Shown in pieces: positions 51,120 through 64,000 of a DNA stretch of 64,000 nucleotides. The stretch spans positions 25,792,001 to 25,856,000 of the forward strand of contig OZ320322.1 in the NCBI GenBank assembly GCA_976226885.1. The letters are read 5' to 3'. The stretch is from Iphione sp. A-MEVVRFRX5 (Eukaryota). The notes under the pieces are model-generated. The model saw only the letters and a program-made list of their open reading frames with translations, did no database searches and was not told the origin of the DNA. The first letter of the stretch is position 1, and every line of letters begins with the position of its first letter. The translations under genes were made by a program, and so were the position numbers.

Positions 51120-51470
51120 TGGTGGGCGCGGGGGGTGGGGTGGGGGGCAGGGATTGATTGTGCATCACGAGAAGACCAGGTTCATGATGTGTCGTGATGG
51201 CGATTAAGTAGCTTGCCAATCACGACATGCAATATATGACGCGGTATTGCACACAGTTTGAGTGGGGGGAGGGAGGGGGGAAGAGCTAGGGAGGAGGGAG
51301 GGCGGGGATGGTGGCGGGGGGGAGAAACAGAAGAATGCATGGCTCAGTGTAGAATCCCCGACCAATAACGTTGATGACTACCAAATGCCACGGCCCCATA
51401 AAACCGCGTCCCAGGGGCAATCATATCGGCATTTACGGCAAATTAACCGAGCTCGAAAGATGGCGTCAGC
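51120..51470. promoter_or_regulatory. G-quadruplex-prone, motif-rich regulatory island
   Basis: Two multi-G-tract runs (51124-51152 and ~51264-51322), CCATAAAA (51396-403), TTTACGG (51432-38) and YY1-type AAGATGGCG (51457-65). Confidence 0.35.
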
Positions 51471-52279
51471 CCGAGATGCTGGCCCACTTTTCCTTAATAA
51501 AATATAATTGGTTGTGGAGATGGCCATGAAATGGCGCAGGCAATACTTTTTTTGCCCTCAACCATCATCGGAGGAGACGAGCGAACTGAGGATTCACTCA
51601 TGCGTGTCCCGGCGCCGAAGCACGACTGACAACTCAATTAAGACAGGGCAACCAACTGTGAAATATGGTCTAAAGAACTCGTGTCTATCAAAGAGCACAT
51701 TGTTGAGGCAGGTAATACGGAGCAGTTAGGTCATAGTTATTAAGAGGCCTATTACTTCATACCTGATTGTTCAACTCACCCTTGAATAACTTGGTCCCGT
51801 CGATGACACAACCGATCTTCAGTCAGACCACAGTTCGAATCTAGCGCGGCTTTCGTGTTCAAAACCTATAAATAGTATCTACGGACAACTCAAACAGCAG
51901 TTCTGCTGTACGTTGCTCTCCCATCTAAATACACATGTATGTATTCATACATTCAACTATATACATATACTTATTATTGGTTCTTTTTGTAGTTTTGTTG
52001 GCCCTCTTTGGGATTCCTATGTCTCCCTTTTCAGTCTGTTCCTGTTTCTGTTGCATTCGATGTGCCTGTGGCTCCCTGTCACTTTCAAATTCTTCATGGC
52101 AACAGAAATTCCTTTTCCCACTACAGTCAACTCTCCTCCTGAGGACATATCTACAAACTAGACATGCCCCAAGTACAGATGATGTGGAAAAGAATCGACT
52201 TCCTATTATTAACCAATATAACAAGACGTCTGTAATCAGGACAGCAATTTTCGTAGAACATCCCCCTATGGACAAGTTC

Positions 52280-52605
52280 AGACTGCAAATTGGCAGGTAT
52301 ACACCATGAGTCATGGGTTTACACCATGAAGGGGGGTCTAGACTGCAAATTGGCAGGTTTATACCGCAAATCAGTAGGTTTAGACTGCTGACAGGCAGGC
52401 TTATACTGGCAAAGGTGTTAGCATGACCCTTCAGATGTCCAAGCTCAAAGCAATGAAGGATAATCATTATCTAACATGTCACTAGGAGGTTTAGCCTGCA
52501 AATAGCCATGCTTAGACTGCTAAAAGACAGGTTTTTACTCTCAAAGGTGTTAGCACTACCCTTCAAAAGTCCATGATAGAAGCTTTGAAGGATTATTCAT
52601 TGTCT
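52280..52605. repeat. Composite minisatellite (60-bp and 132-bp periods sharing an AGACTGC..GCAGG core)
   Basis: agactgcaaattggcaggt at 52280 and 52340; caaaggtgttagca at 52410 and 52542; tgaaggat.attcatt.tct repeated at the same 132-bp offset. Confidence 0.85.
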
Positions 52606-52690
52606 GAGCTGTGGGCGGAGTTATTAGCATGACAACTCCTCCCTAATAGACACGGAATCCCCAACATGTTTGAATAGTATTCAGAGCATA

Positions 52691-52779
52691 TACTCATCAA
52701 ATTCAGCACATTTTTGACTTTTGAACTTTTACTCATCAAATTCAGCACTTTTAAGACTCTCAATTATCAAATTCAGCAC
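52691..52779. repeat. Three copies of ATCAAATTCAGCAC
   Basis: Copies within 52691-709, 52730-748 and 52765-779. Confidence 0.9.
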
Positions 52780-55700
52780 TTTTATTATGAGTATATACTT
52801 GGAAAGGGGGAGAGATAGAAAGGAATATGATTTCCATGTGTGGCCCCCTACTCTTTTTCATATCCTACTAACAAATCTGTAAACTGAACATCCCTGAAAT
52901 GTGGACATTTTGGGGGAAGAACAGAGGGTGTCCACATACGGGAGAGTACTTTCTAGACAGAAAGCCCTCCATCTGCTAACTACCACCATCTTGCATTCCT
53001 CATTCTGTGCTTGTTCTTTTCTTTTCCCTGTCCTGCTCGCTGGTCCTGAAAACTTCCTCTGAGTTCCCCTATAAGATATACGGAAATATCCCACAATCGG
53101 ACAGGGTTGCCCCTTCCCACCTCTTGTTCAGAACTAACACGTCAGGGACGCAGATTATCCGCCTGATCCGTCAGCAATTTGAATAACTTAATACCTTTTG
53201 GGGAAACTAATCTAGAAAGTTTGTTGTAGAAGGGCGGGTGGGACGAGACAGCGCAATCACCGGCATACCAGCCTAGCTGCAAACAATATTTATTGGTCTT
53301 TTGTGTTTTTGCCATAGGGGCTTTATCTTCAATGTCCACAATAACCAAAGTTCAGTGCCACGTATCTTAACAATCGCCATACACGTCAAAGCTTGAATCG
53401 CAGATAAGGTAGAACAAACGAAATAGTTCCTTGCCGGCAATTATTTCTTATTTCCTGTTGTTCCCCAGACAAATTGTAATGGGTATATATATGGATGAAT
53501 ATGTCCGTTTAGTGAAGAGATGCATCTATGAATTGACTACCATCGTTGGTCTTTAGTTTGTTGCGGCAGTTGTAAACGGATGTTTTGCTATATCATAGGA
53601 AACAGGCTTTATCATGGGGTGTATCCAATTCTCCAATGGTAAGAGTGTACGAATTACTAGGTCCACAATATTTACTTTACTGTTCCTGATTTTAAGTCAC
53701 CAGGATAGGAAGAAAATTTCAACACAATTCATATTCGCATTGAGTCATTAGGGTAAATTAATATTCCTGGTCAATATTGGTTATGATTGAGCGATTACTT
53801 GTAAACCGTAGTCTATCCATCTATGCAATCTCACACAAGCATGAAGACTTAATCTATATTACATATCAATATAAATGACTATAACATAGCGGACACGAAG
53901 CCAGGAAAGGATTTGTACAGATTTATTGATAGTTATTGAAATTAATGTTCGATGTAAATATGGCCTGACGAGCTTTAGTCAGGGGATAGCTTGGCATTAT
54001 TATCGTTACTGGCTGAGGGTGATGGGTCACCTATTGAAAATTTAAAAACCTAAACTGCCCATATTAAACTAAACGTGTAGAATAAATAATATTCCAGGAT
54101 TAGGTAAGATAGTGCATTCTACGTGTCGATCTAAGGCCTCAGATTAAATGCCAGCAGGAATATTCAATGGTGATGTTATGCCTTTTATCTGGCAAACCAA
54201 GGCCATGAGTGACATTTATATTTTATATCTGCTCCGAGTATTCACTGTGTTGGAAAATGAATGAACGACATTCAAACCAGTAGAAAAGTTATTACAGAAC
54301 GTTTGTACGTTATGCAAGTAGAAAGCCCCTTGAGTGACTGCTGCAAAGACCAGCCAATTCTGACCATACTGGTGGGCTGCCCTTTTACTGGGTTGTTCCT
54401 CCTCTGTATCAAATAGTAGTTGATGCAGCAACGATTGTCTTTAAATTCTGAGTTGTTCTCCTAGAGGAGTTGATTGCGGGGTGAGTTGCTCTATCAGCGT
54501 TATGTTCACTTTTCTCTCATTTATCGAAATTCATTTCACACCGTGTTTATGAATCAAGTGTAGTATGGAATTTGGGGTGAGGCGCATGTTGTTCACCCTT
54601 TGCATGATATATAAAGGAGCAAGGTTACTTCTCTTCTTTGTTTCGACATGTTCCCGAAAACTGAACAGTCAGCAGAGAATCCTGGTTATCCTGAAAGGGC
54701 GACCCATTAGTGGCGTGACATTTTATCGAATATCATTCCATCAAACGCACTTCCTGAGGAAATGCGCTGTCAAATTTAGTAGACAAAATTCAGGGATATG
54801 TTCAAGGTTGGAGACTGGGTTGAGGTAAATCATTTGACAAGATGCTGCAATTGGAGGTTCCAAGAATATTGATTTTCATGGCCATATTTTGGACCTTTTA
54901 TACAAATAGCTTTCAGAAATGTGGTAGACTGGGTTCTTCTACATATTGTCACAATGTATTGTTATTCATGCCCACTTTTTATGCAAATTTAACATAGAAA
55001 CAAACATACTTGAAAAAACGACTTTATACTTCATACAAAAGAACTCGCAAATCCTTATCCCCTTCATCAACCTAAATCTGTTGGTCTTCTGTCGTTGATC
55101 CCACACTTTGACGGGAATCTATCACAGCATACATTAGTTGTATTCTACAACTCCAAGACACATCCTGGTCTGCCTATACTTTACTATCGCTGACTAGGTG
55201 GGCGGCGTCACTGGCGCCATACAGACCTGTTTAGATTGCTTCCCTTAGCTGCCGATTTCTCCTCTCAGTAAAAGGCCAGGTATCAATTTGGTATTAGCAT
55301 TGGAACAAAGAATGGTAGAGAACCACCATCTCCCCGCCCCCTTCCCAAAAGTTCAACAATGTTACGCTGCCTAGTTTTCAGTGTGTTTCCGCTATCTCTG
55401 AAGACAGTAATACGGATGAATAGCCGGAACGTAGGAACCTCTGGTAGTGTAAGAAGGGTTAGTCATTATTAATTATAAGAGTACTTATTTTGACGCTGGG
55501 TCCATGGATCATGGAGGTGTACACTTAAGCTGGACTGCGTCGTAAGACATCAACGGGAAGTCAAATTCTTGTCACTGGCGGTAGAATATCAGATTGGTCT
55601 GTGACAAGGTGTCTAGGCTCTGCCATAAGATCCTTTATTGGCACTAAGTGTATTTTGAGGGAAAATCATCTATAAGCAGCAAGTTCGTGGTCTTGATTAT

Positions 55701-57938
55701 ACGAACGGCCTCTTTGTTCTCCCCTGTGGAAGCTCTGGTACACCATCCGCAGGGTCAAGCCAGGTCAGGGGGCTCATCGCAGTATCTCTCAGGCGAAAAC
55801 CACGACAAATGAACGACGCATAATGACAATGGTAATGTGATTGGTCGGGGACAATCCCCTACAACCACCACTTACCCCGACCACCTCACCCTCGCAGCAC
55901 AATAACTCACCAATGCGCATACACCGGCCGGACCTGCAGAGGCACCGACTGTGCCACCTGCACGTCTCGATGCTTCTGCGAGTTTAATATTGACGGATTG
56001 TCTTCAGGACGCCGTTTCCTCACAACTACCGCCTCCGTGGAGGGCTATTATTACTGGGAGCTTGCTGTGGATCGAGAGATTACTACTCTGAACGTTTCGT
56101 AGTGGGAAATGATCTGATTGGTAGAGGGTAGGCTTAATAGGATATTGCTTGTTCATTTTACTGCTCATTAGAGTGATACTTTCCTTATTTGTTTCTAGAT
56201 CTGCTATAGTATTTAAGTTGCAGTTGCATAATTGTGCCAGGGAGTTGGCATTGACGTAGTGCTGGCGCACGGGCCATTTCTGCCTTCTGTGGATGTCTAT
56301 ATGTGAACACATGTAGGTAGATATGTACGCATGCACCTAAAGATATACGTATACAAATAAAACTAGCAGAGGACAGCCGCACATGTCTCGTCTCATTCTC
56401 GCATCGATACCCCGAGAATAAGGGCAATTTTCACAAAATATGTGACCTTTTTACAGAAATCTCTGAAGATATCACTGACATGGAGGAATGGAGAACAAAG
56501 AGACTTATTTTTGCTCCCTTTCTCTATTTCTGTCCCACTCTGCGCAGTCTGCAAGTTGCATTAATAGTAAAGGCCGTCAATGTCCGCGGGTACGATGGCT
56601 ACTGATGTGTTAGTAACCGTGAGAAGAGCAACTGATACATACGTATTGGCCAGTAATGCCTATAGAAGTCTGAGCAGCGCGTGTCTATAGGGTAAGAGAA
56701 GCCTAGGCGAAAGCCAATGAGAAGCCCAGAAAATGTACTTCCAGGTTTATCATCTTGGTTATCGCAGCCCGGGGCACCAAAGTCAAACAAACGTTCTCGG
56801 TTGCTTTGTGCAAAAGACACATTAGAAAAGTCTTCCGTATCTTTTTCAGTTGTGCTTGCCATCTAAGCTAGTTTATTTTAAGGAAAAGGTAACCCTAACC
56901 GTTGAAATCCCATATAAACTCCATTCGTCTGCCTGGTGGCGCCATTTTCTAGCTGCAACTGTAACCTGCATCGACCCGCGTTAGTCGTCCCTGCCTACTT
57001 AGGATAGACTGGTCTTCCTCTTAAATAGTTTACAGTGGCCTCCAGGGCGACCAGCTTGTGCCTCCCAATGCCCATAAAGAGGTTGACCAGATTTATCCAC
57101 TGCTGCTTTCATGGCCCGCAAGACTGTAAATGTGAAAGCCAGTTCACATGGACTATCTGCACTGTTATCTACATGTCTCCCTTAATGCCATCGGGGGGCT
57201 CCTCCTGGCGGCCGGTGGCACTCGGACATAAACCAACGGGAGATTTTAATGATATTTTCTTATCCATATTCGCAAGATAGCGGACCACACGGCTACTAAA
57301 GTTGTGCGTATAGTTTATGTGGTTTGCAAAAGAACAAATAAATGCACAGCCAACAACGTATCTAAGTCACCGACATGTCTCGTATACAAGGAAAAAAGTT
57401 TGCCCGAAGGAGAAAAAAAATGTCTAGCGAGAGAGGAGACTTTCAGTGTCTGATTTAAGCACGCGCTCAATCTGTTCGTGATGTGGCGGTAGTGAGGTCT
57501 ATAGAACCGACATACATTTGCAGATGTTTATATCTGTTACATGGACGAATAACGTGGCTGAAAGAGCCCGGCTATCATAGCTAGGCCGCTCTGAATGCTG
57601 TCTGTGATGTTATCGTCCATGTCCGTATACCGTTAGCAACTGCTTCAAAACGGACAGGGGCTTCTTTTTTATATATAAAAAGTAAAGCATTTGTCAATAT
57701 CTAGACGACCAGGTCACCGGGTGAGAAATGAAAATAGTTGAAAATGCCTTTCCCTTTCCATATTGATTTATTTCGACAGGAAAGCATCATCCAATTACGT
57801 AAGCCTAGATTTCCTTAGACAGGGTTTTCAAGAGCACGTTTTAGTGCCGAAGACTGCCGTGAGTCCATTCCATGTTTTTTTTCTCCCAAATCACTACACT
57901 AGCATTGGTACTAATGAGAAACCTTGTATCACCCACCT

Positions 57939-57966
57939 GTCAAGTCAAGTCAATTCAAGTTTATTG
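57939..57966 (-). repeat. (TCAAG)n tract next to an AATAAA on the - strand; possible 3' tail of an L2-type LINE
   Basis: The minus strand reads CAATAAACTTGAATTGACTTGACTTGAC. No LINE coding body was recognised next to it. Confidence 0.4.
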
Positions 57967-58597
57967 AGCCAAATCTTCACTTCATGAAGTGATTTCTGTA
58001 TTAGCCATAATTTAAAAAGACACGTCTAAAAAAACAGACACAACTGTGGAAAATGCGAACTTTCCCCAATCCAAAAACATGCAAACACGCCCGTGAAAAC
58101 ATGCTACATAGTTCACACTCCGATGGATACACATCCTTTTTGACTACCATAGTTCCCCCTAAAACATGCTTAAAACACTGCGGCACAGCCACGAAAACAA
58201 GCACGTAAGGAAATCAAGCCTTGCTGCCCTACTCCCCCATCTAAGGCCACATATCGATGTTCAATTTAGAAGGGAAACAGACAATGAATAGAGACGATGT
58301 GTACAGATTATTCACGAGGACGGAAGCAGCCGCGGGAACGGTTAACTGGATAGACACAGTCCGTAATAGAAGTCACGGAAACGCACCAGTACGCACGAAG
58401 CCCCATCGCACCAATGCTGAGTATAATTAATCTCGTGGCATAATGTATGAGCTCTTATTATCATTCACTACTAATCACAGCATAGAAGTCTCACGACATC
58501 CAACCCCCCCAGCCTCCATCATCGACCGAGATCCGCCTCCTGAAAAAAGTGGCATATCCATCAGGTAGCTTGCAACTTGTCTCCTCGTCTCCTCGTC

Positions 58598-58731
58598 NNN
58601 NNNNNNNNNNNNNNNNNNNNNNNNNNNNNNNNNNNNNNNNNNNNNNNNNNNNNNNNNNNNNNNNNNNNNNNNNNNNNNNNNNNNNNNNNNNNNNNNNNNN
58701 NNNNNNNNNNNNNNNNNNNNNNNNNNNNNNN
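58598..58731. other. Assembly gap (134 N)
   Basis: Run of N, preceded by a nascent (TCTCCTCG)n repeat. Confidence 1.
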
Positions 58732-59782
58732 GCATAGACGGCCACACAAACAGCCGCACGAAAACGCTCGGCACCACGTGAGGATTGCCTTTGTTGCCGG
58801 CGGTGCCAGAGAGGACACGTTCTCTGTAAAGTATACTGTTGGCGGTTGGTAGGAGACCTGTCACGACAGTGTCCGGAGGGGACCCCGCTGCTCGCCTTTC
58901 AAAGACACCCATTCAACTACCGCGGCGCGATATAAAGGGGGATACGGACACCACACGACCTGAGAATTCTATATGTATGGAGTCCACATTCGCACGTGAA
59001 AGAGAACGTCGCGCTGGGATACACGCTCGGTGAGAGTGGGGGAAAACATGAGCGCCAACATTGCCTCACGCGTTCACACACACACGCAGACACCGGCCCG
59101 CAATAGTAATTGAATACGTCTCCGCAAGGAGCGCTAGCGACACGCAGATGGTGTCTGACAATGGCACTGGCCGACCGGGACGTACTCACGCGCACACATA
59201 CAACCCACTTAGACATGGACACCGTCCTGGGACACTAATCCCTGACACGTCGGCCCTGCAAAAAAGAATATCCTCTTTTCTTTATGTGAGCGATAATCCC
59301 GATTCGACAAGCCCCATTCTTTACCTCATCTGTAGTCACGTGATAGGCGGCACGCGAGCGGAATGACCTTTATCGCGCATCAGGGTCAAGGTCATGGGGA
59401 ATGCTTTTCCGGTTGTCTTGATTGCGATAGATTTTCTCTTCCCTTGGCCGGGATCTGCCCCGTGCAAGGACAACAAGGTAGGCAAGGATAAATCTAGCGA
59501 GAGCGTGGATGCTATGTATGCTCTCAGGCCTTCCCCCTCACACCATTCCACAGCAGGCTAAAAAAATTATGATTTCACTTGTAACTAGAGACGAGTTCGG
59601 TGCGTCGCATTTCAACAACATCAAGTCTATGGCCTCTCAAGTCCTGCAGCCTCTCGCCCTGATGTCTCCCTACAACTGTGCATCTCCTGTACGCATTGAA
59701 TCTTTGCCTGTTGAAGTTCGGCACAATTACGAATATTCATTAAACTCGTCTGAAGGTATTATCAGCATGTTTCAAGTGTATT

Positions 59783-59839
59783 TCAATGGTCAATGACGGT
59801 CAATGGTCAATGACGGTCAATGGTCAATGACGGTCAATG
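59783..59839. repeat. Perfect 17-bp tandem repeat (TCAATGGTCAATGACGG x3.3)
   Basis: Units at 59783, 59800 and 59817, plus TCAATG. Confidence 0.95.
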
Positions 59840-60933
59840 TTTTATCCTGTACAAATACAACCGTCGGCCTGTTGAACTTTTTTTTTACCATTTCATGTAC
59901 TAGTATTCTCTTCATTGCGTACAAATACGTTCTCGACTCGTTTAAAGTTCATTATAAATTCATCTCCTTCCTCCCTGCATGCTTCACCACACAAATATAT
60001 GCAGGGTCAGAACTCCCCTCTGTCCAGCATCACTTTAGTTGGATTATCATGGCCTTTATTTCAATTTTCGACAACCTGTTCTGTCATTATGCTCTGCACA
60101 AGAGCACTTTCACACCGAACTGTTTTACTTTGCCGTCGGAATAAAGTGCAGTTTTCCTCTGTGACACGGCATTTCATGTCTATCTTTGCTTCTCCCCTTC
60201 AATTTCTCTCCCCTCTCATGTCCCCCTGCCTCCCCCTCCCCTTTTTCTGTCTCGCCCCGCACATTGCCAAAGAATCGAGCCTTTGGCAGCGGAAGTAAAG
60301 GGCTTGCCCAGAGCGATATTAGGAGGGGTCACTGTGTGTCGCCTGACGATGAGGCTCCGTGTGCGCATGAGCAGAATCACTTAAAACGGGTCGTCGCCAA
60401 GCAACGTTCGACGACAAAAGGCCGTGTAGTGTTTGCCTATGGCAGCCTGTGGTGACATTCCTAATGGAATTCCAGTGGAATGTCAATACCGCCATGCTAG
60501 GAACTCACGGAAGTATTATTTGTAAATCAGAAAGAAAAGCCGTTAAACGTCACCGCATTACTGGGACTAATTCGGTGGTGTCAAACGTATTATTGTTGAA
60601 GACGAATGTGACTATCGCTTGTGTAGTTGAATGTCAGTGGAGTAATGATTTTTTTCCTTTGTTATCCCATTGCTGTGGATAGAATTACGACAACTGTATA
60701 TTTCCCGCGTCATTAAAACATATCCACTCACTAAAAACTTCAGACATTGTATAAGGAGACTTCCTTGTAGCATCTTTCGGCGTCGTGACCGTAATTTTGC
60801 TCATTTGTGAGGAGGAACCTGAGAGTAGTGAGCGGATATCCCATGCTGCCCATGCTACTCTGAGCAACTCCCGTGGCTATCAGGTCGACCTTGCTCATTT
60901 AGCCTGAGCGGCTAGGCGCGCCTAGAGGTTGAC

Positions 60934-60947
60934 CCCCTAGAGGGCGC
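60934..60947 (+). promoter_or_regulatory. CTCF-like site
   Basis: CCCCTAGAGGGCGC differs at one position from CCACTAGAGGGCGC. Motif match only. Confidence 0.4.
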
Positions 60948-63900
60948 CCTGAGCAGATTACACGAGCAGCTCAAACGCGCATGAAGGCCCCTTCAGGATC
61001 CCGCCGAGATATAGCTCGCCATCCACTGGGGGTGACACTTAGCGATTGGAAATAGGATTTGGTGAGCGTCCCTGGGCCCCCCTGACTTGATAATACCAAC
61101 ATGAGTGCCGTCTGCTAAAGCACGCGGGGTCAAAGTGTATGAGTCTCTGGCGCACAGAGAGATTGGTCAGTGCTGTCAGTCCGCTGGGCTCTGGCTGTTG
61201 ATTCATGTGCCTTGGAAGACAGTTGGAGCGGGCACATTTGTTTTGCCGTCAAGGAGCGAAAGAGCACGGGAGGAAACTCTGGAGCGGCTTTGTGAGAACT
61301 ATTGGATTTAAATGGGAGGTACACAGATCGATCTTGAATCACGACCTGGCCAATGGAAATAAAAACAGTTTAACAGAAAGCTTAAGTGAAATGATTTCAC
61401 GACCGCAGGCGAAGCCCGATTGCATGCGGGATAACATTAGAATATAGCAAGAAATGCACTCGCAAAGGAACGGTATAATTAGGTCTCTTGTCGGCGAACG
61501 CCTGGCCAGAGGCACTGATAAAGTCTTCCATTACAAGTTCTGGCAATGGCCAGTGGGTTAATATTGTTTATTAAAAACGCTCATTTAATGTTCAGTCAAA
61601 AATGAGGACGGGGATAGGAGGCCACTGCCCCAATGGCAATGGCAATTATGAGAAGGTTTCCAGGTCAGTAACCAGGCCTGTGAACCGAGAAAGGAGGCTG
61701 GGGGGTTATTTTTCATTCTAAGTGGTACTGACGATGAGTGCGGGGTGGGGAGATTGGGGTCGTTTTTATTACCTGTGATAATTAATAAGAAAGCTAAAGC
61801 TTTTTTCTTGCTGGAATCTAAGAACCTCATTGTCTGGAACCTGGCTTTATCTTTACCAGAACATCCCAGTGGAATCTACTCTTTCCACGACATTGGAACA
61901 ATTTTGCACAAAAGTTTGCATCCGTAACATTTTTACAGCACTATTTTACGCCGAAAACTTAACTACTTAGGGCCAGAGTCTGTATGAATGGTTATTCTTT
62001 CAATTTATATCGAGCAATAGTAAGTGTGTTTTTAGAAGGGTACGGGATAAGCATAATGTATTAATTTTTTAAATAATCATTAGTAGCTTTATTCAAGAAA
62101 TACATCTTCTTCAAGAACAAACGAAAGATTCATAGAGCCTCCCAGATCCGGGACCAAATAACGACATGTACGATGGAGATGTAGATAGAACTCGATCTCT
62201 TGTACTTATACAGTAAATGCGGTAGGGTCCCGCAAACATATTCAGTGGTCGATGAAGACGGCACCTTTCATAGATCAGATCAAGTAAACTACATTAAAAA
62301 AAAGTATCTGTGACAGGCTGCGAACTGTCTATTTACGGCGAATATGGACTCTTCAGCTCTGGTATTAGAGGAATTTTCATATGTGTATAAATTATGTGTT
62401 GGCACTGGGTGGGTATCACGTTCACTTAAGACGACTCCTTGGCAGATGACGGACGACAGAGGAAACAAAACAAAAGTTATGGCCGAGGTACAGGCATACG
62501 AAACATTCTGATATTGTACGAACGTGTGTATGTTTGTATATGTATGTGCGTGTCCTGAAAGCCATTGCTTACCCCCGTTTTCCATCAATTAATACTTTAC
62601 TTGGGTTAGGTGTATGTTCGACCATGCCCCCAGTGGCAACTGATCCATGAGTGCGCTTTGGCTGACTGTGGGAATAATTGGCATACCAATCGAAGGGAGT
62701 CAATATTTGGCGGCGAGGCAGTTCCTCCTCCTGCCAGGTGTGTTCCGTGATAACCAGATTTCTTATATCACGTCATCCACGTGGATCTTTTCCCCTTATT
62801 ATCACCCGTCTGACAGATTATCTTCCAGGTATAACAGTGTGTATCCAATTACTCTTTCAGCTATGCAATTATTACCTCAGTGCCAATCGACGTGTCTACC
62901 AAACCATAGGTCTTCCATCTTTATAATATTATCATAGGATAGCGAACAACACTGACTGAGCAGGGGATCATGCGTAGTAAGTTAAAGGTAACCTGTCAGC
63001 TATCACATCCCTTGGTTATATATTGACCGTAGAAAACGCTTACACTTGACGGATCACCAGTATCTTTCTCTATAGTAAAGAGGTTGTAAGAGTTTGAAAG
63101 AGCACGGTGATGACATGCTAATCAGAGCTATTGATTTCCCTATCGTCTTTTGAATTTAATGAAGCCTGGTGATGATTTAGGCCATAGTTGGTCGCAGTGT
63201 GTTAAATTGATAAGGGGTAACGGTTATAAAATAACGAGATTAGTGAATAAAGGCAAGATAAGGAAGAAATAGAAGAAGAAGAAGAAATACCAAGAGGACG
63301 ATAATGGTAAAAAAGAAGAGGAAAAAAAGGAGACAAAGTACGCTGAGTTTTAAAAGCAACTCGAGGTTGGAGCATGACGGATACAGGGGGGTAAGAGGTG
63401 CATGTACGTGAGGTCAGTTTGGGTAAGGAATAAGAAGGCTCAAAGGAGGTAGGAGTCTAGCTCGGCATACTGAAAGGCTAGGATAAAGGCCTGGAACTCG
63501 ATCATTCAAAACTGAATAAGCAGGCCTGGTTGGTGCTTCCCCCCTAGCAGCACCCCGGAGGCGTCCGGGTGACTTGTTCGGAAATTGGAGTTCGTAGCAG
63601 GTGAGATGGGGTTGGGGTTATGAGGTGGGCGGGTAATTTGTTGAATGGCACTAACGGCCGAGAAGAACTGGACAGCAACGACCTGATCTGACGTTGGACA
63701 CACACCAAATGGCAGGGAGCTAATAACGGAGCGGCCCAGGGTGACTCTCCGCTGGCCGCCGCTGCCTTTCATGTGCTGTCGCCGTGAGAGACAGGGCCAC
63801 CTAGGGCGACGGGATTGAGAGGGGGGCCGAAGTACCCGCTCTATTCCTAGTGTTGACCGTGCAAACTAATAGATAGTCCTACCTTTCTTGTCTGGGCTTG

Positions 63901-64000
63901 AACTTCAATACCCGTATCGTCACTCTTCAGGCTCTTGTCAGTGTTCTGCAGAGAAGCCGGATTCTGTCGAAGCCCCTACCGCTGTGTTTATTGCTCCTCC

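Noticed and set aside
51832-51850. GTTCGAATC B-box suggesting a tRNA
   Set aside because: No A-box at the proper distance and no cloverleaf.
51925-52467. 180-aa ORF on the - strand
   Set aside because: It overlaps the composite tandem repeat and AT-rich low-complexity DNA, and has no recognisable domain.
58475-58912. ORFs spanning the N run
   Set aside because: Artefacts of translating through the assembly gap.
59160-59170. AATGGCACTGG matching the 5' end of miR-263/183-family miRNAs
   Set aside because: The match stops after 11 nt and no precursor hairpin is evident.
59783-59839. Short direct repeats as a CRISPR array
   Set aside because: The units are contiguous with no spacers, there are no cas genes, and the context is eukaryotic. 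The 52.7 kb triple repeat fails for the same reasons.

Overview
This is a 64 kb window of a eukaryotic (metazoan, probably marine invertebrate) genome. The evidence is spliceosomal splice sites, LINE/RTE/DIRS remnants, MITEs, microsatellites and one assembly gap; nothing is prokaryotic and there is no CRISPR array. Only two protein-coding genes are well supported, and they face each other in the first 6 kb. The first is the terminal exon of a 9-Cys cystine-knot (glycoprotein-hormone/DAN-like) protein on + (977-1402), whose loop 2 is expanded to 62 Tyr/Arg/Lys-rich residues. The second is an 870-aa type II membrane protein on - (3159-5771) whose CDS lies in one exon. It has two tandem copies of a GT-A-like glycosyltransferase domain joined by a sequon-rich linker, and the second copy has lost the putative catalytic residues. 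The remaining ~58 kb is gene-poor. It holds a tyrosine-recombinase retrotransposon gag remnant, two decayed CR1/L2-type LINEs, a 5'-truncated RTE with an intact 8-bp TSD and several MITEs. It also holds promoter/enhancer-like islands, isolated candidate exons and short tandem repeats. All family assignments come from motif recognition by eye; no database search was run.
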